Assembly (NCBI GenBank): GCA_022614805.1
Contig: JAKEHY010000020.1
Location: forward strand, 89,449 to 153,448
DNA from: Candidatus Zixiibacteriota bacterium
GTDB taxonomy: Bacteria; Zixibacteria; MSB-5A5; DSPP01
DNA: 64,000 nucleotides
Reading direction: 5' to 3'
Position numbers and translations under genes: made by a program. Numbering within the stretch: the stretch's first letter is position 1; each line of letters opens with the position of its first letter. The notes under the pieces are model-generated. The model was not told the origin of the DNA and made no database searches. It saw nothing but the letters and a program-made list of their open reading frames with translations. Of this stretch, positions 58,870 through 64,000 are shown piece after piece.

Positions 58870-58916
58870 TTGTCAACCGGCAACCGGATACCGTATAATA
58901 AAGAGAAGGGTGGGAT
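58870..58916 (+). promoter_or_regulatory. Sigma70-type promoter of the GWxTD genes, with a downstream AGGGTGGGAT motif
   Basis: TTGTCA-N18-TATAAT, then AGGGTGGGAT at 58907. Confidence 0.5.
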
Positions 58917-58921
58917 GACGA

Positions 58922-60295
58922 ATGGGCCCCATCCCGACGACAATGAGAGCAGTATCCGCTTCGGCCATACTTTTCCTGACGGCAACCACCCTCTTTGGGC
59001 AGAACCCTCTCTCCAAGGACAGCCGGGTGGGGGTGCCGCCGTTCGAAGTCGATTTTGCCGCCTTTGCCGATACCGCCAAAGGTACAAGCCGGCTGGAGGT
59101 GTACTATAAACTGCGCAACGCCGGCTTCACCTTCGTAAAAAAGGGAAACGAATACCAGGCCGCCTACGATGTGGAGGTCAGCCTGGAAGCGGAAAACGGA
59201 CGGGAGATTGCGTCCCGGCGCAGCTCCGAGGAATTCACCGTGCCGAGCTACGACCAGACCCAAAGCTTGGAGAGCTACCGGTTGAACGCCGCCCATTTTT
59301 CCGTCAAACCGGGGAAATACAAAATCAAAATCCACCTGACCGATAACAACTCCAACGAAATCTCCTCCGCTTCCCGCAAGGCCGTTGTGCCCGATTTCAC
59401 GCGCGGTGTTCTGGCGGCCAGCGACCTTTTGCTCATCGGCGCCTTTGCCGACTCGGCCGACCTGCCGCTTTTTAAAAAGGAGGGGCGTACCGCGATTCCC
59501 TCCGTTTCCCGCGCCTTCGGCGACCCCGATTCCTCGCTCGCTTTCTACTTCGAAGTTTATTCCCACCGCCCGGAGTTGAAAAACTGTCGGGTGGAGTACG
59601 AAATCTCCCAGCGCCAGCACGGCGCCTGGTCGAAGGATACCGCCACCCTCGCGTTGGCCGGGGAAAAAACGGTTGTTTTTGAACGCCTCCCCATCCGCAA
59701 ATTTCCCCCGGGCGACTACCGCCTGAAAGCGACTTTGCGCGAAGGGAAAAAGGAACTGGCCGGCCGCGAAACCGAGTTCAAGATGAACTGGAACTGGGAG
59801 GCCGCGCTCGTTTACAACTTCCGGGACGTGGTCGACCTCCTGCGCTATTTTGCGCGCGAAGTGGATGTGAAACCGCTGGAAAAAGCGCCGGCGGAAAAGC
59901 GGCTGGAGGAATGGGAAAAATTCTGGAAGGAGCGCGACCCGACCCCCCCGACCAGGGAAAACGAGGCCAAGGATGAATTTGGCCGCCGGGTTCGTTTCGT
60001 CGACGCCTACTTCGCCCATATGGGGCTGCCCGGCTGGAAGTCCGATATGGGGAAAATTTACATCCGCTACGGCGAACCGGACCAGGTGGATGAAGACCAG
60101 AGCGGGATGCGCAACACCAACCCCTTTGCGGAGGAGACCGACCGCTACACCACCAATGTCACCCGCATCCGCCAAACCGGCCATGCTACCCAGACCTGGT
60201 ACTACTACAGCTTCCGGCGGGCCTTTTCCTTCGAGGATGTGACCGGCAACGGCAGTTGGGTCCTGCGCCCCCCCTTTGACGGGCGGAGATTTTGA
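58922..60295 (+). CDS. GWxTD-domain protein 1
   Basis: Signal peptide (possible start at 58943), FWKERDPTP, GWKSDMGKIYIRYGEPD. Confidence 0.85.
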   Translation: MGPIPTTMRAVSASAILFLTATTLFGQNPLSKDSRVGVPPFEVDFAAFADTAKGTSRLEVYYKLRNAGFTFVKKGNEYQAAYDVEVSLEAENGREIASRRSSEEFTVPSYDQTQSLESYRLNAAHFSVKPGKYKIKIHLTDNNSNEISSASRKAVVPDFTRGVLAASDLLLIGAFADSADLPLFKKEGRTAIPSVSRAFGDPDSSLAFYFEVYSHRPELKNCRVEYEISQRQHGAWSKDTATLALAGEKTVVFERLPIRKFPPGDYRLKATLREGKKELAGRETEFKMNWNWEAALVYNFRDVVDLLRYFAREVDVKPLEKAPAEKRLEEWEKFWKERDPTPPTRENEAKDEFGRRVRFVDAYFAHMGLPGWKSDMGKIYIRYGEPDQVDEDQSGMRNTNPFAEETDRYTTNVTRIRQTGHATQTWYYYSFRRAFSFEDVTGNGSWVLRPPFDGRRF

Positions 60296-60299
60296 CCGT

Positions 60300-61661
60300 A
60301 TGCGAAAACTCGTGCTGTTTTTTTGCCTGTTTTCAACAACGGTTTTTTCCCAGACCCCCGTTCCGGAGAAACCCCTCGATGTCGCCGCCGACTACGCCTG
60401 CTTTCGCGAAAATTCCGCGACCCGGTTGGAAATTTACTACTCCCTCTCGTCGGACGAACTGGCCCTAAGCCCGAGCGACAGTTCCACGGGCGGTCCCGGG
60501 AAAAACCTGGCTTATGTGCTGGCCTTCGCCGATTTGTTCGCCGCCGACGGCCGCCCGGTCGATTCCCTTTCCAAGACCACCGCCTTCCGGGTCTCCCGCA
60601 CGGACACCACCAACGAACTCTCCGATATTCTGGACTTTCTGGCCCCCCCGGGGGACTACCAGGTCCGCTTGACCCTCCGGGATTTGCAAAGCGGAAGGGT
60701 GGGGCACGCTTCCTTGAAGCTGACCGTGCCGGATTTGGGCCCGCCCGGCCTGCAGTTCAGTTCCCTGCAGCTGGCCCGCTTGATTGCGGACAAAAAACAA
60801 AAGCCGGAGGCCAGCCTGTACAAAAAAGGGGGCCGGCTCATCGTGCCGAATCCCCCCGCCACTTACAGTTTGGACGACCCCCGTTTGTATTTCTATGCCG
60901 AAATTTACGGGCTGTCACCGGCCCGGCCGGAACTGAAAAACTTTGACTTCGAATACGCCATCCTGAACACCCAGGGAGACACCGTAAAAATTTCCGGCTT
61001 TCACAAACAGCCGAACGAGAACCCCGCCGCCGTCACCGGCTCGGTGGACCTTTCGATTTTGCCGCCGGGGGAATATTCCCTTTTGCTTTCGGCGCGTGAC
61101 CCGGCCACCGGGGAGGGGGCTTCGCAAAGCAAGCCATTCTGGCTTTTCGAGCCTTCCACCCGCCCGCCCGTGGCCGAAGAGGAACTGGACTATTTCCCCA
61201 AAGTCACCTTTTACCTCTTGACCAACCAAGAAAAAGCGATTTACCGGGCCTCCAACCGGACCGGGCGGCTGAATTTCATCAACGAATGGTGGGGCAAACA
61301 CGACCCCAGCCCGCCAACGCCGGAAAACGAGTACAAACTGGAAGCCTATCGCCGCTTCTCGGTGGCGGTCGCCCGCTTTTCCCGCACCCCCTCCTCCCGG
61401 GACGGCTGGCAGACCGACCGGGGGCGTGTTTTGATGCTCTACGGGGAACCGAACAACGTCGAACAGTCTCCCGCCTCCCCCGACAACCTCCCCTGGCAGA
61501 AATGGGAGTACACGCGCATAGCCGCCGGACGGCAGGGCCTTTTCGTCTTTGCCGATTTAAGGGGGCTGGGGAACTACGAGCTGGTGCACTCCACGGTTCC
61601 GGGGGAAAAACGGAATCCGGAATGGGAAGATATGCTGAATCAGAATGTCCTCCGGCGTTAG
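60300..61661 (+). CDS. GWxTD-domain protein 2
   Basis: Start at ATG 60300. WWGKHDPSP, GWQTDRGRVLMLYGEP. Confidence 0.85.
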   Translation: MRKLVLFFCLFSTTVFSQTPVPEKPLDVAADYACFRENSATRLEIYYSLSSDELALSPSDSSTGGPGKNLAYVLAFADLFAADGRPVDSLSKTTAFRVSRTDTTNELSDILDFLAPPGDYQVRLTLRDLQSGRVGHASLKLTVPDLGPPGLQFSSLQLARLIADKKQKPEASLYKKGGRLIVPNPPATYSLDDPRLYFYAEIYGLSPARPELKNFDFEYAILNTQGDTVKISGFHKQPNENPAAVTGSVDLSILPPGEYSLLLSARDPATGEGASQSKPFWLFEPSTRPPVAEEELDYFPKVTFYLLTNQEKAIYRASNRTGRLNFINEWWGKHDPSPPTPENEYKLEAYRRFSVAVARFSRTPSSRDGWQTDRGRVLMLYGEPNNVEQSPASPDNLPWQKWEYTRIAAGRQGLFVFADLRGLGNYELVHSTVPGEKRNPEWEDMLNQNVLRR

Positions 61662-62455
61662 GTGCTGCTCTCCGAACCCGCCCCCGCCCCACACAGAAGT
61701 TTGAGAAACCGAATCACCTCGTCGGAGTTGCGGCAAAAATAGCGCGCCGCCGTTTTTTTGCTTCGCCCCACGGCCACGGAAATATCCTGGTGACGCATCT
61801 GCCGGAACGCTTCCTCATCCGCACGGTCGTCGCCGAAAAAAATAACCAATGGCCTTTTTCGGAAACCGAGCAGCGCTTGAATTTTAGAAAGCGCCTTTCC
61901 TTTGTCCCAGGCAACCGCCGGATAAACCTCGAAAATTTTCTTGCCGGGTGCAAGCCGGAACCGGCCCCCGTACACCTTCAGAAACCGCATCATCTTTTGA
62001 CGCAGGGGCTCCACTGCTTCCCGGTACCGGCGATAGTGGACGGCAACGGTCAAGGCTTTATCTTCGACGCGAACGCCCGGGTAGCCGGACAGGATTCTTC
62101 GCAACGAGGGAAGCATTCTTTTGAGGATACTGGCCCGCTTTTGCGCCCCCGGATGCACCCACTTTTCCTTGGCTGTGGCGATAACCAGTCCGTAATTGGC
62201 GGCGTAAAATAACCCGGGAATTTTTACCGCCTTTTGAATGTCCTTCAAACTCCGGCCGGTAAGGATGCCGACGTCAAACGCCGGCTTCAGGGCCAGCCCG
62301 GCCAGGATTTTTTTCCGTTCGGAAGAAAGCCGCGCCAGTTCCGGCGTGGGGCGGATGGGAACCAGCGTGCCGTCGTAATCCGGAAGCAGAAGAACCTGCG
62401 GCGCCGCCCAAACCCGCTCCAGAACTTCCCGCCGGGCCTTCCAAAGGTTTTTCAC
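61658..62455 (-). CDS. otsB: Trehalose-6-phosphate phosphatase (HAD family)
   Basis: DYDGTL, TGRS, VEDK, WDKG, GDDRADEEAF. Confidence 0.9.
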   Translation of the reverse strand: MKNLWKARREVLERVWAAPQVLLLPDYDGTLVPIRPTPELARLSSERKKILAGLALKPAFDVGILTGRSLKDIQKAVKIPGLFYAANYGLVIATAKEKWVHPGAQKRASILKRMLPSLRRILSGYPGVRVEDKALTVAVHYRRYREAVEPLRQKMMRFLKVYGGRFRLAPGKKIFEVYPAVAWDKGKALSKIQALLGFRKRPLVIFFGDDRADEEAFRQMRHQDISVAVGRSKKTAARYFCRNSDEVIRFLKLLCGAGAGSESST

Positions 62456-63675
62456 AAACGGATGCGGTCCTGGCCCGGGAAAGACAAAGAAAAAATCACC
62501 GCCAGGTAATCGCGCAGGTGCCGGGTTATCAAAAAATGCTGCTTGACGTGCTGATGGCCGTTCTCTCCCAGTTTTTGGGCCGCCTCCGGTTGGGTCAAAA
62601 GATATTTGATTTTCAAAGCCGCCCCCTCTACCGAATGGACCAAAAGCCCGGTGTGGTTGTGGACGATTTGCAGGGGGATGCCGCCGACGGCGGAGGCCAC
62701 CACCGGTTTTTTCTTCCAGAGTGCCTCGGCCACGGTCAGGGCGAACCCCTCCTTCAGCGATTTCTGGAGGACGACGGTCGAGCCCCGCTGCAGCTTGTTG
62801 ATTTCGAGATCGGAAAAAGGGGGGAGTTCAAGAATATGAATGTCGGAGTCCCCCTCCGCCCGTTCTTTTATCTCCGCCAGCACCTGGGAACCCTCCGGGT
62901 CGTCCGAGGCGCCGCCGCCGGCCAAAATCAACTGGCAGTCGGTGCGGCGCTTCACCAGCCGGTAGGCGGCGATTACCCCCAGCGGGTCTTTCAGCCGGTC
63001 GAAGCGGGAGATTTGGGTAACAATGGGGCGGTCCGGGTCCACGCCAATCTGTTCAAGATAAGCCCGCACCTCCTCCTCCGGGACGTCCCGGTTCTTCACC
63101 GCCAAGGGGTCGATGGAGGGGGGAATCTGGTACTGGGGAATGGGCAGCTCCTGGGCAAAGCTCGGCGCGGAAAAAATGGAGGCGTCGTATTTTTCCACGA
63201 ACGGACGCAAAAAATCCCAGACCGGCGGGTGGGGAGAGGAAATGTCGATGTGGCAGCGCCAAACCCAGCCGGAGCTTTTGCTTTTCTTTTCGATAAAACT
63301 TACCGGCTGCGGGTCGTGGATGAAGATGAAATCCTCGCCAAAGGAAAACGTTTCGGCCTGCGCCCGGGTGTGGGAAAGAAAATGCTCCTGCACCTCCGCC
63401 GAAAGCTCCACCGGCGACCCGTGCAGGGCGTTGTGTATGGCCTTGGTGATGCCGAAAAACTCCGAGCCCCCCTTCAGAACCTCCCAGGAGGTTCGCACGC
63501 CGAGGTCGTTGAAAAGCGGCACGAGCCTTTGCAGAATCTCCGCCACCCCGCCGCCGACGGCCGTGGAGTTGACCATCTTCACCTTCTTTTTGCGCAAATG
63601 CTCTCCCAGCCGCCGCATAAGTTCGATCGGCTGCGGCCCGATGATGGGGGCGTAATCGGATAGGCGAACGTCCAT
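62452..63675 (-). CDS. treT: Trehalose synthase-like GT4 glycosyltransferase
   Basis: NSTAVGGGVAEIL, HDPQP, WRCHID, SRFDRLKDP, EGFALTVAEA. Confidence 0.88.
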   Translation of the reverse strand: MDVRLSDYAPIIGPQPIELMRRLGEHLRKKKVKMVNSTAVGGGVAEILQRLVPLFNDLGVRTSWEVLKGGSEFFGITKAIHNALHGSPVELSAEVQEHFLSHTRAQAETFSFGEDFIFIHDPQPVSFIEKKSKSSGWVWRCHIDISSPHPPVWDFLRPFVEKYDASIFSAPSFAQELPIPQYQIPPSIDPLAVKNRDVPEEEVRAYLEQIGVDPDRPIVTQISRFDRLKDPLGVIAAYRLVKRRTDCQLILAGGGASDDPEGSQVLAEIKERAEGDSDIHILELPPFSDLEINKLQRGSTVVLQKSLKEGFALTVAEALWKKKPVVASAVGGIPLQIVHNHTGLLVHSVEGAALKIKYLLTQPEAAQKLGENGHQHVKQHFLITRHLRDYLAVIFSLSFPGQDRIRL

Positions 63676-63677
63676 GG

Positions 63678-64000
63678 CTACGATTTGCCGGGCGCTTTCT
63701 TTTCGAAAATATTCCGCAGCTTCTTAAAAAGTTCGCTCTCCTGCAACAGCCGGCCCACTCCGGTGGTCTGCGGGTAGCTCCCCAGCTTCGCCACCACCCG
63801 CTCTTTGGCCAGTTCCCGGTCCGTCAGGCTCAAAAGTTTCTGCCGGGTCTGTTCGAGCGTGTTGAGGTACGGGTCGATTTGGGCAATCTGCCCGGCCAGC
63901 TTCTCTTTTCCCAAACATTCCGCCACCCAATTGGAAAAATCATTTCCCGGTTTTTCGTCCCGCAGGTGGGCTTCCACCAAATGATAGTACAAACTGTTGT
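63678..64000 (-). CDS. DUF5752-family protein (5' end outside the window)
   Basis: SLYYHLVEAHLR...NDFSNWV...LAGQIAQIDPY. Usual neighbour of treT. Confidence 0.75.
   Translation of the reverse strand, partial: NSLYYHLVEAHLRDEKPGNDFSNWVAECLGKEKLAGQIAQIDPYLNTLEQTRQKLLSLTDRELAKERVVAKLGSYPQTTGVGRLLQESELFKKLRNIFEKKAPGKS

Noticed and set aside
58748-60184. Long antisense ORFs (also 26362-27627, 62518-63663, 2125-2979, 48955-49716, 57554-58405)
   Set aside because: They are shadows of well-supported genes on the opposite strand in GC-rich DNA and have no recognisable motifs.

Overview
A 64 kb chromosomal window from a GC-rich diderm bacterium. Cys-rich dockerins, FlgD/T9SS-like C-terminal domains, GWxTD proteins and alternative complex III suggest an FCB-superphylum lineage such as candidate division Zixibacteria (inference). 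In order: (1) the end of an MMPL/LolA-like fusion plus a beta-barrel gene with a poly-T frameshift; (2) a comM remnant; (3) a ~20 kb minus-strand unit running to tRNA-His, with an epimerase, a sigma54 two-component system, ugd, three glycosyltransferases, an ABC exporter, two APH-like kinases, DUF5666 proteins, an AlgE-like porin and two repeat-rich surface proteins; (4) a complete ACIII (actA-F) plus type A2 aa3 oxidase operon with heme A/O and Cu assembly genes; (5) four paralogous signal-peptide-bearing tail-fibre-like genes with a shared N-terminal module and swapped tips, with no phage genes nearby; (6) housekeeping genes (lpxH-like, DUF92, vWA, polyprenyl synthase); (7) three tandem cohesin-like plus dockerin genes coupled to a beta-helix/T9SS-CTD protein; (8) two GWxTD genes; (9) treT/otsB/DUF5752. 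GTAG-type REP palindromes are dispersed, and one doublet lies in frame inside a coding gene. No CRISPR, integrase, transposase or rRNA was seen. The best candidates for undescribed systems are the modular non-phage fibre array, the cohesin-dockerin adaptor array and the kinase/GT/porin glycan locus. Domain calls come from motif recognition only; no database searches were run.
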